Shown: positions 40,757-51,277 of the stretch, in pieces
How positions within the stretch are numbered: position 1 is the first letter of the stretch
How the letters are laid out: every line of letters begins with the position of its first letter
Origin: Candidatus Poribacteria bacterium
GTDB taxonomy: Bacteria > Poribacteria > WGA-4E > PCPOR2b
DNA: 64,000 bases
Direction: 5' to 3'
Assembly (NCBI GenBank): GCA_965208325.1
Contig: OZ242326.1
Coordinates: 4,192,001 to 4,256,000 of the forward strand
Translations under genes and position numbers: made by a program
The notes under the pieces: generated by a model
What the model saw: the letters and a program-made list of their open reading frames with translations, nothing else
Database searches by the model: none
What the model was told of the DNA's origin: nothing

Positions 40757-43700
40757 GTGTTAAATATCATGAGTAGGGGAAGACTCGCAAGGTATCTGGT
40801 TTTGGTTACGCTTGCGAGCGGTTTGGTGATGAGCGGAGCGCAGTCGGTCCAAGCCCAATCAGTGTTCGTGTTCACATTGAGTGGGACGCTAATGGATGGC
40901 GACGGCAACGCGCTCGTGGGGTACACCGTGGAAGCGCCAATGGCTGAAGCCAGCACATTCGGGATTGGCACTTCGGTTACGGATGAACAAGGGAACTACT
41001 CGATCCTTTACAGCGACTTGAACAGGTCGGTCAGCGTTGGCGATGTATTTGAGATAACGGTGAAGGATCCGGACGGGAATGTTGTATCGACATCGTCGTA
41101 TACCATCAGCGCGGAAGATATCGCGCCAAGGATAGGCACCGGCAGCCACAATATCCAGTTGACGAGTTCCGGATTGACGGTTGCGTTGGGGGAGAATTCA
41201 CTGCCGGCGGACGGCACCTCGACATCGACCATAACGGTTATGATAGTAGACGCCGACGGTGAGCCGGTGAGCGGTGCGCCTCCGACGGTGACATCCGAGA
41301 AGGGCAGTATCGGCGAGATTACGGATAACGGCGACGGGTCGTATACGGTTGAGTATACGGCGCCGGCGTTGGTGATTAGTGAGTCGACGACGGACACGAT
41401 TACGGTAAGTTCCGACACGACGGGCGATTCGGAGTCGGTGACCGTAATGCTGCGGCCGGTTCCGACAGTAATTACAATATCGGTTGAGCCGAGCGCATTC
41501 ACTGCAGGCGCGGGCGAGACGGGCGCAATCTCCATCTCCGTGAACCGCGGCGGCAACGCTGTGGCGGACGCGCAACTATCACTCGGCGTGAGCCGCGCGG
41601 ACGGCGGCGCGGACGCCGGGGCGGCGTCTGATGTGACAAACGACGGCGGCGGCGCTTACAGCGCGTCATACACACCGGCGAACACGGTGGGCAGAGTTAA
41701 CATTACCGCAACGGATGCGGTTTCGGGCGCGAGCGAGAGGGCGTCCGTCAGCGTGAATGCTGGACCGGCGGCGGCAATTATGGTCAGCGCGGCGCCGCCG
41801 ACAGTATCAAGCAACGGCAGCGCTGTGTTAACGGCGATGGTCATGGACGGTTCCGGGAACGGCGTCGGCGGATTGGCGCCGAGCGGTTCGGCGGAGAGCG
41901 GCACGGTCGGCGAATTCAGCGAAGGCACGACAGCCGGAAGTTATAGCGCGACGTACAGCGCGGGCACGGTTGAGGCAGAAGGAACGGATACGGTCACGGT
42001 TAGCGTCGGCGACATTTCCGGTACGGTGGAGATTGGTTTAACGCCGGTTCCGCCCAAGGAAGTCCAGATTCTCGTCATTTCCGGTACGATTTATAAGCAG
42101 GACGGTACGGGACCTGTCAGCGGCGTGAACGTCGAGGTTACGGTCGGCGGTATGGCGTCACAGACGACGACCTCGGGGAGCAACGGGGGCTACAGCGTTA
42201 CCATCGTGAATCCGGGCGGCGTTGCGGGCAAGACGGGCGATATGGTCACCGTCGTTGTCACGGACGACACCGGGGAACGCGGACGCGACGAATCGGTATT
42301 GACGAACGAGGAACTGGGCGACGATACCGCAGCGAATATCGACCGTGACGTGAATACCGATATCTTGGCGCGGACGAATGCGTTGGTGGTTTCGGGCGCA
42401 GTTTTCCGCGAAGAGAGCACGATACCGATTGACGACGTGTTTGCGATTACGGTGATGAACACGACGCGCGGGACGGCAGTGTCCGGTTCGACAGACGGAA
42501 ACGGGATGTTTAATCTCACCTTCTTCGGCACAGATGTTGTGGCGGAGACGAACGATGAGATAGTTGTAACGGCATCTAGAGAGGGAGGCGAATGGAGCAG
42601 CCCGGCGCATTCGTTGTCATCGGCAGAGGTTGAAGACGGCAGAGCCACGGTAAACGTCCCGACGGACATCAAGGCGTCGACGAACACGCTGGTGGTGACG
42701 GGTACGGTTTACTTTGAGGACGGTACGATTGCGGTCGGCGCCGGTGTGACGGTCACCTCAATGAATGCCGGGAAAGGGCAGGAAGCCAACGGCACGACCG
42801 ACGCAGACGGCAATTACAGCGTGACCTTCTTGAGCACCGAAGGGCTGGTTGCGGAAACGGCAGATATCATTACGGTGACAGCGGTGCACGGCGACAAGGG
42901 CGACGGCACTGCGGAGCACACGCTCACATCGGCGGAAGTGGACGCGCAGCGCGCGCAAGTGGATGTGGTGACGAGCGTAAAGGCGTTCACGTCGTCGTTG
43001 GTCGTGACGGGTACGGCGTATTACGAAGGCAGCATGATTCCGGTCGGTCCAGGCAACGCGGTTACGGTCGTGAACAACGCGAACGGGATGGAAGCCTCAG
43101 GGATGACGGATGAGAACGGGACGTTCAGCGTGACGTTCTTTAACCCCGACGGGACGGTTGCGGAAACGGGCGACACGTTGACGGTTACGGTGGATGGCGG
43201 CGAGAACGGCAGCGGCAGCGCCGACCATACCCTGGCGGCGTCGGAGGTTGACGCGCAGCGCGCGGCGGTGAATGTACCGACGAACATCAAGGCGGTTTCG
43301 CCGACGTTCCTGGTGTCGGGCACGGTTTTCCTCGAAGACGGCATTAGCGGCGCCCCGGCTGGATTGACGGTTAAGGTCGTGAACGAGACGCGGGGGATTA
43401 ACGCCAGCGGAACCACAGTCGAGGGCGGCGGATACGTTGTGACGTTCTTGGAGACCGAGGCGGCGGCAGTGAAGACTGCGGACGTGTTGAACCTCGACGT
43501 GTACGTATTGGCTGCCGATGAGACTTCGGTCGGCGAGACTTCGATTACATTGACATCCGCAGACGTGGTTGCCAACAGAAGAGACGGCGTTGATATTACG
43601 ACCAGCCTAGTGGCAGACCCGACGCATGCGTTTTTGGTTGACGGCATGGTCATAGATCCTGCCGGCAACGTTGTTGGCCAAGGCGTAAATGTGCGCGTCA

Positions 43701-46700
43701 CTTTGGGCGGGCACGACCCGATGGCGCTGGAGACCTACGCGAACGGCGGGTTTAGCGGGACGTATTTTAACTCGGACTCACCGGTTGCGAGCGTATACGA
43801 CAACTTGATTATTCAGGCGGTCAACCGCAGCAACGGCGATTCTGCGTATATGTCGATGCAGTTGGCGTCGCACCACGTTTTGGCGCAGCGCATCGAGATT
43901 ACGGTTAATCTGATACCGGACAACGAGAGTCCGGTTGCGGTGTCGCGGGTGAGCCAGCGGTTCCTCGACACGAACGAGGAGACAACGTTCGATGCGAGCC
44001 ACTCGACGGACAGCCCGTTGAACAGCCAACTGATAGACACGTATGTGTGGGATTTCGGCGACGGTACGACTGGCAGCGGTATAACGGCGACGCACGCCTA
44101 TTCGAAACCGGGGCGGTACCTTGTGACACTGACGGTTACCGACCTTGCGGGCAACTTTGGCACGGCGGAGCGCGAAATCTGGGTGAGCACGGTACGGCTC
44201 GGCGGTATTTCGGTGAACACCCGCCATGCACGCGAAGTGATTGATAAGATTATCGGCTTGGCAATCGCGGGTACTGATGTTGCGATAGCGAAGGGCGGCT
44301 CTGACGCGGTGCTGGATATGATACGCGGGAATCCCGCGCTTCAAGCGGCTGTGATTGCGGCGATTGGCGATACGCTGCCGCCCGGACTCATACCGGCGCA
44401 GCTACTGGCTGACGATTTGCCGCTGATATTCGAACAGTATGAGAACATTGACTTAGAGAACTTTGGAAATGCGGTGACGGCGCGAGTCGGCCCGGAAGGC
44501 GGCATCTTGGGGTCGGCGACGCCCGGCTTGACCAGGGTGGTGACGGGCGACAAGTTGGACCTGTACCTCGCCACGCCGCGCGCAGATGTCGGGCACGTTA
44601 CCTTCAGGTTCGACGAGGTGACGCGCGATGCGGAAGAGGTTATCGACAGCCTGCCGCACACCTTCCACTTGGAAGAGGAGCAAGCGATACTGCTGCTGCC
44701 CTCGTGGCCGGGTTCCGGTTCTGACGGCGCGTTCGCGGCGGTGACGCTGATGTTGGCGTCCGAGGAACTTCCGTCGGCATACCACAATTTGATTTCGAGA
44801 AACGCATGGTCTTACCGGGATACGAGCGATTACGAACCGGCGTCCATGAGCCCGCGGATGATTAACGGGAAGCGGGTCTGGGATGTCCAAGTGGATATCG
44901 ATCCCGGAAAAATCTACTACTACTATTACGCTGTTGAACTGGCGTATCCGATCCAAACGCAATTGGGCGCTGAGTTGACGCAGTACGCCATGCCGGATCC
45001 GCGCAACCTACAGTTGCAGGATCGCGGTCTGGTTGAGGCGTTATTCACACCGGAACTTCAGGCGGCGATTGCACCGTTGCTGAACCCAGTCATAGCGGGA
45101 ATTTTGAGCGGGCAGCCTGCGACCGTAGACGATGTTGCGGCGGGGCTTACGCCGGAATCGCTGTTCGAAATTTTGGGCGCGATTCTTAACGCTGCGGCAC
45201 CGTTGGTCGAGCAGATGGCACAGACGCTGGATTCGCAGATGATTTCCGTGTTTACGGTTCCATTGGTGAACGAAGCGCAGTCGCTCTGGCACACGAGCAT
45301 TGATTTGTCGGCTTTCGCTGACGGGATGCATACAATCGACGCGAACGCTTTTGATTCTGAAGGGGTTCAGATAGATAACCGCCCGGTTTTCGGCAAGACG
45401 TTCATGCTGGACAGGGCGGCGCCGGCATACAGTGTGTCGGTTGCACCGGGTGAAAATTCGTCAATGTATATGCGTGATGACGGCGTGTTGATTTCGACGG
45501 GTCTGCCGCCGGTAGGCGATGGCAGCCCGATGGCGTCGCTGCTGTTATCTGCAAGCCCGAACGGCGACGTTAGCGATGTTGCGGAAGGGTTGTACCAGAT
45601 AATTCCGTACAGCGACGATCCGGCTGTGCAAGGGTCGCAGTCTTGGGTAAACATCCTTTCGAGCGAAATGGCGCCGGTGTTCCAAGGGCTGACGCTTGAC
45701 GATTTCACGGCGTTCTTGACGACGTTCCCGGATCTGCTGACGTTGAACGCACCCGCGGTTAACGGCGGCGTGCCGGCGCAGATGGCGATGATGATTCGCG
45801 GCGCGAACGGCGACCCGGCGTTGATTGTCGGTGAATACGGCGTACGCGTTGCGGCGCGGGATACGGTGTTTAATATGTCGACGGATACGGCGCCGATACG
45901 GCTGAACATTGTGCCGCCGGATCCGGATCAGGCGATGGTGGTGCGGATATCGCTCGGCGATTGCAACGGCGACGGCGATACGGACGACCTGTATGAGACC
46001 GGCGCTCCTGCGGACATGATTCTGTTCTCGGATACGCCGAACGTGATGGTGACGGCAGAGGTGACGAAGCAGGTTCACCCGATTACGTCAATCTTGTTCC
46101 AGTACCGGACGGGCGACGCCGAATGGCAGGATATCGGTATGCTTGAAGGCGAGATGGTGGCTGGCGCTGTCGAGGGTTCACAGTACGATATGGCGTGGAG
46201 CATTGAGAATTTGGGCGTCATGATTCAGGCAGGTATGCCGGTCATGCTGCGCGCGGTTGTCACGAATGCGCTTTCCATATCGGACGATGAAGCTACGGAA
46301 GCGGCGCTGAATGTGAAAGACCATCCGTGCCCAATCGAGGCGGAGATTCACGCGCTTAACCACACGGTTAACGACCGCAACCCCGACAGCAATGCGCCGC
46401 GCGGCATGATTTCGCTCATGGCGGTAACGCGCGAACTGACATCGCCGCACACGGCGAGCGTGGTTTTTGAAGTGCGCCGCATGCAAGGCGAGGAGTGGCA
46501 GGCAATCGGCGAAGTGGCGATAGCGGACAGCGTTGTCGAAGAAGCCATTGTTGAAGCCATTGAAGAGGCGTTGGAAGAGGTTGTCGAGGGCGAGGAGAGT
46601 GCGGTATTCGTACCGACTCGCCGTGTATGGGCGCTTGAATTCGACAGCACAGCAATAGATGATACGATTATGGTGGGCGACGCCGCCGAACGCGATATGA

Positions 46701-49700
46701 CATTGGATGAAAATCCGTACGTGCTGCGCGCGGTGGCGGTTGACGACACTGGCGCCCGGTATGCATCGTCGGAAGAAATGTCACAGAGTTTCTCGGTGGA
46801 CAACATTGACGATGTGCCGCCGCTGACAGGTACGGCGATTACCCAAATTTCGGACGCTGCGGGGGCGATTGAGCCAGTTGACGGCGTGTATACGGTCGGC
46901 GGTATCGTTGACGAGAGCGTTGACTCGCCGTTCGGATTGGTGGTGTCCGTGCCGATAGCCGATCCGATTACATATAACCGGGTCGATCTGCTGATTAACC
47001 GCCGCAATGAGGATGGAAGTCTCGGCGACATGGTCAGCGAGATGCAGGCGGAGATGGGCGAGGAGAATTACACCGCTACGGTTGATGTATCAGCCCTAGA
47101 GAACGGTGCGTATTTCTTCCAAGCTTTGGCAATGGACGAGGTCGGGAATCAAGAGGTGCGAGACATCGCATTCGCCGCTATGATTCATGTAGCCAACTTC
47201 ATTCCGCCGCCGGTTATCGATCTGAGCGGGCAGACGTTGAGCAGGCAGCCGGTTGAGGGAAGCACGGTTGAGGAGTTTACGGAAGCGTATCCGGGCGGAT
47301 TCCCAGTATCCGGGGATTACGTATTCACGGCGGGCGGCATTGCGTTGAACGCCGGCGATATCGACGTCCTAGTCGATGGGGCGTCCGCGAACGCAATGGG
47401 CGCACTCACGGTCGATACGATTGAAGAGGGGGCGTCTAGCACGTTTATGTTGACGCTCGATACGACCATGTATGCGTTGGGCTATCACGAGACCGCGCTG
47501 CAGATTACGAAGCGGAACGGCAGCATCAGTTTCCCGTTGGCGCCGCTGTTTGTTGACAATGAAGCGCCGCAATTGGCGGTTAATTCGCCGATAGCGAACG
47601 ACGAGGTGAGTGCATTGCCGACGACGCGCGCGGCGTATCATGACGGCGCAGGCGCGGGGCTTGAACTATCGTTCGTTACCATTAGCTTGATGAGGTTGAC
47701 GCCGCCGGATATGATGGCGGTCGAAATCAACATGAGCGAGGTTTTGACGGATTTGACCGACCTTGTGTATACCCGCCGTGCGGATATGCTGCCGGCTGGC
47801 GTATACCGGGTGATGGTTACGGTGACCGATATCGTTGACAATACGAGCGAAGCATCGGCTGACTTTACGGTGGTGACGACGTTGCCGTCGGTGGCAATCC
47901 GATCGCCGAATTCAGGCGAAATTGTCGGCGTGTCACAGCCGCTCATCAGCGCGGAATTCTCGGGCATCGGCGCGAGTGTGACATCGTTCACGATTGACGC
48001 CGGCGAGGAAATCACAGATGCGGCAATTAGTGGAAACCGGCTGGAGTATACGCCTGGCGTATTGACGGACGGCGACCATACGGTTGCGATTATGGTTACG
48101 GATGGCGAAGGCAATACGGCTGACGACAGTGTGACCTTCACGGTAAAGACTGCGGATACGACGCCGCCGTTGATAACGGAAGCGAGTCCGCAAGGGGTTA
48201 TTAAGTCTGCGTCCGCTATGTTGTCGGTTGCAGCCTCTGACCCGGAATCCGGAATTGCCAATGTATCGTATGCGCTTGACGGCGGTGACGCCGTTGACGG
48301 CATGACCCGCGAGGTTAGCGGATTGGAGTCGGGGACGCACACGGTTATGGCGGTCGCCACGAACGGTGCCGGTCTGCAAAGCACGTTCAGTTGGACGTTC
48401 ACCGTGGAGTTGGATACGACGCCGCCGGTAATTTCCGCAGTTGCGCCTCAGGGCATTGTTAAATCTGCCGAGGCGGCATTGTCGGCGACAGTGACCGACG
48501 AACAGTCGGATGTCTCGAACGTGACGATAGCGCTTGACGGCGGCAGTGCTGAGTCTGTTGCAGTTGACGGCGGCGGTGTGAGCCGTAACGTCAGCGGACT
48601 AACGCCGGGCACGCATTCGGTAACGGTTGTTGCTACGAGCGGGGGCGGTTCCTCGACGCATACCTGGACGTTCACGGTCGAGTTGGATACGACACCTCCT
48701 GTCATTTCCGAGGTTGCACCGCAGGGCGTCATCAAAGAGGCGTCCACTACGATTTCGGTGGCAGTCGGCGATGAGCAGTCGGATGTAACGCGTGTCAACA
48801 TTGACGTAGACGGCACCGGCGCAAGGGCTGTTTCAATACGGGAAGGCCGTGCTAGCCGGGTGGTTAGCGGGCTTACTCCGGGAACGCACACCGTGACGGT
48901 GACGGCAGAGAGCGCCGGCGGTACGTCGAGGCATACGTGGAAATTTACGGTTGAATTGGATACGACACCGCCCGTCATCTCGGCGGTTTCACCGCAAGGG
49001 ATTATACGAGAGGATTCGGCGCGGATTTCAGCCGCAATCGGTGACGAGCAGTCGGATATCACGAACGCGACGATTGCGATTGACGGCGGTTCCGCTGGAA
49101 CCGTGACGGTGACGAACGGACGTGCGAGCCGCACAGCCAGAGGCCTGGAATCGGGTACGCATACAGTGACGGTAACGGCGACGAGCGCCGGCGGAACTTC
49201 GACGCATAGCTGGGCGTTTACGGTTGATTTGGATACGACCCCGCCCGAAGTTTCGGCGACATCGCCGCACGGCACAGTGCTTGTCGAGAATCCGGAAATC
49301 TCAGTCGCGGCGAGCGATAACCGCGGCGGACCGCTTGCGATTAGAATTTCGGTCGAAGACAGCGCAGGGGTTCGGGTCGGCGGCGATGCCGAGGCGAGCG
49401 ATGACGGAAGGTCTGCGACCTTTGTCCCGTCGGCGGGGCTGACCACCGGGACGTACTCCGTCAATGCAACTGTCAAAGACGAGAGCGGGAACGAGTCCTC
49501 GGCGAACTGGAGTTTCTCGGTAATTATCGATACGACACCGCCGAGCGTCACGGGCGTAACGCCTGAAGGCGAAGCGCGGGTCTCCGAAGAACGCAGACCG
49601 ATGATAACGGCGAGCTATACCGACGCCGGTGCGGGGATTGATATGAGTTCCGTGGTGATGATGCTCAACGGAAACCCGATCGTGCCAACTTCGGTTTCGG

Positions 49701-50137
49701 CGACTCAAGCGGTTTACATGCCGCCGGCAGACCTCGATTTTGGCCGTCACACGGTTCGGTTGGAAGTCTCCGACATTGCGCAGCCGTCTGCAAACACGGC
49801 GGTGCACGAATGGAGTTTCGTGCTTGAGGACGGCAAGGGGCCAATCTTCCGCGGCGTGCTGCGGAATTACCCGAATCCGTTCAAGGATAGTACGACCGTT
49901 TCCTTCACGCTGGCGCGTGAAGCGACGCTGACGATTGAAGTTTACGATGTCACGGGGCGGCTGGTTCGGGTCTTGGCGCAAGACGAGGTTCGAGAAGCCG
50001 GTCATAATGAATTTCCGTGGGATGGTAAGACATCGGCAGGCGACGTGCTGGCTCGCGGTGTGTACTTCGCTCAGGTTATGGTGACAAGCGAACCGAGGCC
50101 AGAGGTAATTGTCCTGAGAATGGCGCTGTTGCGCTAG
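40757..50137 (+). CDS. Giant secreted adhesin-like protein (invasin/Big_1-like, PKD and DTTPP Ig repeats) with FlgD/T9SS-like C-terminal domain
   Basis: Signal peptide; LPADGTSTSTITV and ITDNGDGSYT; PKD motif WDFGDG...HAY..PG.Y.VTLTVTD; repeated DTTPP...GTHTVTV...WTFTV; C-terminus NYPNPF...YDVTGRLVR...WDGK...GVYF...MALLR. Confidence 0.9.
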   Translation: MLNIMSRGRLARYLVLVTLASGLVMSGAQSVQAQSVFVFTLSGTLMDGDGNALVGYTVEAPMAEASTFGIGTSVTDEQGNYSILYSDLNRSVSVGDVFEITVKDPDGNVVSTSSYTISAEDIAPRIGTGSHNIQLTSSGLTVALGENSLPADGTSTSTITVMIVDADGEPVSGAPPTVTSEKGSIGEITDNGDGSYTVEYTAPALVISESTTDTITVSSDTTGDSESVTVMLRPVPTVITISVEPSAFTAGAGETGAISISVNRGGNAVADAQLSLGVSRADGGADAGAASDVTNDGGGAYSASYTPANTVGRVNITATDAVSGASERASVSVNAGPAAAIMVSAAPPTVSSNGSAVLTAMVMDGSGNGVGGLAPSGSAESGTVGEFSEGTTAGSYSATYSAGTVEAEGTDTVTVSVGDISGTVEIGLTPVPPKEVQILVISGTIYKQDGTGPVSGVNVEVTVGGMASQTTTSGSNGGYSVTIVNPGGVAGKTGDMVTVVVTDDTGERGRDESVLTNEELGDDTAANIDRDVNTDILARTNALVVSGAVFREESTIPIDDVFAITVMNTTRGTAVSGSTDGNGMFNLTFFGTDVVAETNDEIVVTASREGGEWSSPAHSLSSAEVEDGRATVNVPTDIKASTNTLVVTGTVYFEDGTIAVGAGVTVTSMNAGKGQEANGTTDADGNYSVTFLSTEGLVAETADIITVTAVHGDKGDGTAEHTLTSAEVDAQRAQVDVVTSVKAFTSSLVVTGTAYYEGSMIPVGPGNAVTVVNNANGMEASGMTDENGTFSVTFFNPDGTVAETGDTLTVTVDGGENGSGSADHTLAASEVDAQRAAVNVPTNIKAVSPTFLVSGTVFLEDGISGAPAGLTVKVVNETRGINASGTTVEGGGYVVTFLETEAAAVKTADVLNLDVYVLAADETSVGETSITLTSADVVANRRDGVDITTSLVADPTHAFLVDGMVIDPAGNVVGQGVNVRVTLGGHDPMALETYANGGFSGTYFNSDSPVASVYDNLIIQAVNRSNGDSAYMSMQLASHHVLAQRIEITVNLIPDNESPVAVSRVSQRFLDTNEETTFDASHSTDSPLNSQLIDTYVWDFGDGTTGSGITATHAYSKPGRYLVTLTVTDLAGNFGTAEREIWVSTVRLGGISVNTRHAREVIDKIIGLAIAGTDVAIAKGGSDAVLDMIRGNPALQAAVIAAIGDTLPPGLIPAQLLADDLPLIFEQYENIDLENFGNAVTARVGPEGGILGSATPGLTRVVTGDKLDLYLATPRADVGHVTFRFDEVTRDAEEVIDSLPHTFHLEEEQAILLLPSWPGSGSDGAFAAVTLMLASEELPSAYHNLISRNAWSYRDTSDYEPASMSPRMINGKRVWDVQVDIDPGKIYYYYYAVELAYPIQTQLGAELTQYAMPDPRNLQLQDRGLVEALFTPELQAAIAPLLNPVIAGILSGQPATVDDVAAGLTPESLFEILGAILNAAAPLVEQMAQTLDSQMISVFTVPLVNEAQSLWHTSIDLSAFADGMHTIDANAFDSEGVQIDNRPVFGKTFMLDRAAPAYSVSVAPGENSSMYMRDDGVLISTGLPPVGDGSPMASLLLSASPNGDVSDVAEGLYQIIPYSDDPAVQGSQSWVNILSSEMAPVFQGLTLDDFTAFLTTFPDLLTLNAPAVNGGVPAQMAMMIRGANGDPALIVGEYGVRVAARDTVFNMSTDTAPIRLNIVPPDPDQAMVVRISLGDCNGDGDTDDLYETGAPADMILFSDTPNVMVTAEVTKQVHPITSILFQYRTGDAEWQDIGMLEGEMVAGAVEGSQYDMAWSIENLGVMIQAGMPVMLRAVVTNALSISDDEATEAALNVKDHPCPIEAEIHALNHTVNDRNPDSNAPRGMISLMAVTRELTSPHTASVVFEVRRMQGEEWQAIGEVAIADSVVEEAIVEAIEEALEEVVEGEESAVFVPTRRVWALEFDSTAIDDTIMVGDAAERDMTLDENPYVLRAVAVDDTGARYASSEEMSQSFSVDNIDDVPPLTGTAITQISDAAGAIEPVDGVYTVGGIVDESVDSPFGLVVSVPIADPITYNRVDLLINRRNEDGSLGDMVSEMQAEMGEENYTATVDVSALENGAYFFQALAMDEVGNQEVRDIAFAAMIHVANFIPPPVIDLSGQTLSRQPVEGSTVEEFTEAYPGGFPVSGDYVFTAGGIALNAGDIDVLVDGASANAMGALTVDTIEEGASSTFMLTLDTTMYALGYHETALQITKRNGSISFPLAPLFVDNEAPQLAVNSPIANDEVSALPTTRAAYHDGAGAGLELSFVTISLMRLTPPDMMAVEINMSEVLTDLTDLVYTRRADMLPAGVYRVMVTVTDIVDNTSEASADFTVVTTLPSVAIRSPNSGEIVGVSQPLISAEFSGIGASVTSFTIDAGEEITDAAISGNRLEYTPGVLTDGDHTVAIMVTDGEGNTADDSVTFTVKTADTTPPLITEASPQGVIKSASAMLSVAASDPESGIANVSYALDGGDAVDGMTREVSGLESGTHTVMAVATNGAGLQSTFSWTFTVELDTTPPVISAVAPQGIVKSAEAALSATVTDEQSDVSNVTIALDGGSAESVAVDGGGVSRNVSGLTPGTHSVTVVATSGGGSSTHTWTFTVELDTTPPVISEVAPQGVIKEASTTISVAVGDEQSDVTRVNIDVDGTGARAVSIREGRASRVVSGLTPGTHTVTVTAESAGGTSRHTWKFTVELDTTPPVISAVSPQGIIREDSARISAAIGDEQSDITNATIAIDGGSAGTVTVTNGRASRTARGLESGTHTVTVTATSAGGTSTHSWAFTVDLDTTPPEVSATSPHGTVLVENPEISVAASDNRGGPLAIRISVEDSAGVRVGGDAEASDDGRSATFVPSAGLTTGTYSVNATVKDESGNESSANWSFSVIIDTTPPSVTGVTPEGEARVSEERRPMITASYTDAGAGIDMSSVVMMLNGNPIVPTSVSATQAVYMPPADLDFGRHTVRLEVSDIAQPSANTAVHEWSFVLEDGKGPIFRGVLRNYPNPFKDSTTVSFTLAREATLTIEVYDVTGRLVRVLAQDEVREAGHNEFPWDGKTSAGDVLARGVYFAQVMVTSEPRPEVIVLRMALLR

Positions 50138-50238
50138 TGATCCGAAAGGATTCCTTTGTGATTGCGGGAGTGGGTTGAACCCCGCTCCCGCAATTGCAAT
50201 CATGAAAAGTAGATACGCAATACGTTAAGGGGGAAAAC

Positions 50239-51177
50239 ATGTTTCAAATGAAGCAGAAGTTGATTATTAGCGCAGTAGGGTTTATGGCGCTCTTACTCGC
50301 CTTTGCACCGATTTGTCTTGCGAGCGGCAATGCTGCCCCGTATCTTCGGGACGGCGTCGGCGCACGGTCAATTGGGCTGGGCGGCGCGTTTACAGCCATC
50401 GCCGACGACGCCACCTCCACAATTTGGAATCCTGCGGGCTTACCGGCGACTGAGACGCTCGATTTTACGTTGTCCCGTGTACCGATGGCGTTCGATAGCA
50501 CAAAGAACTTCATGGCAATTGTTAAAGGGCTGGGCGAAAACACCTCAATCGGTTTTTCGTGGATGAATGTCGGCGTTGACGATATCATGGAGGTCAACTC
50601 GAACAACGAAATTACCGGGAATCGTTTTAACTACGATTCGAATGCGCTGGCGTTGTCGTTCGGGCATGCGTTGGAGAGTTTTAATCTTGGTGCGAGCGTG
50701 CGCGTGCTTTCCGATGCGGTCGGATTGGATGCATTCGATGGGGTGACGAGTTTTGGCGGCGTAGATGTGGGTATGTTGGCGCGCCCGGGTACGTCATTCA
50801 GCTACGGCTTGGCACTTAGGAACCTCGGTGGTGTGGTTGGAGACGAGAGCGTACCGATTCTCATTGGCGGCGGGGTTGCCTTTCATATACTGGAAGGACA
50901 CCGTGCGACGATAGCCTGCGATGTGGAGCACGAAATCGGCATTCTGGACGAAAGCCCCACAAGCGTTCGAATGGGTACGGAATACCGCATTGCGCGAACC
51001 TTTGCGGTACGCGGCGGTACACAGGCGTCCAAAGACCGCCAAGCGCTCTTTGTCGGGTTTGGTGTTGACGTTGGCGGGCTCCAACTCGATTATGCACTGA
51101 AGGCTTTGGAGCGTGCGAGCCGCAGTTTGCAAGACGCGGGCGAAACCCATTACGTGTCACTGTCTTACGGATATTAA
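50239..51177 (+). CDS. PorV/PorQ (UPF0164) family outer-membrane beta-barrel
   Basis: Signal peptide, YLRDGVGARSIGLGGAFTAIADDATSTIWNPAGL, G.EY, LDYA and a terminal aromatic strand VSLSYGY. Confidence 0.85.
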   Translation: MFQMKQKLIISAVGFMALLLAFAPICLASGNAAPYLRDGVGARSIGLGGAFTAIADDATSTIWNPAGLPATETLDFTLSRVPMAFDSTKNFMAIVKGLGENTSIGFSWMNVGVDDIMEVNSNNEITGNRFNYDSNALALSFGHALESFNLGASVRVLSDAVGLDAFDGVTSFGGVDVGMLARPGTSFSYGLALRNLGGVVGDESVPILIGGGVAFHILEGHRATIACDVEHEIGILDESPTSVRMGTEYRIARTFAVRGGTQASKDRQALFVGFGVDVGGLQLDYALKALERASRSLQDAGETHYVSLSYGY

Positions 51178-51277
51178 ATTTTAAATAGACGCAAGCGAAT
51201 TTCATCGCAACTCGGCGTGAAAGGTGTGCTTACGTTCTTATAGCGATACAATTTTAACGTACAAAGGAGAATGCCCG

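Noticed and set aside
34972..50203. Numerous antisense ORFs within the two giant genes
   Set aside because: Shadow frames of GC-rich coding sequence with no recognisable motifs.
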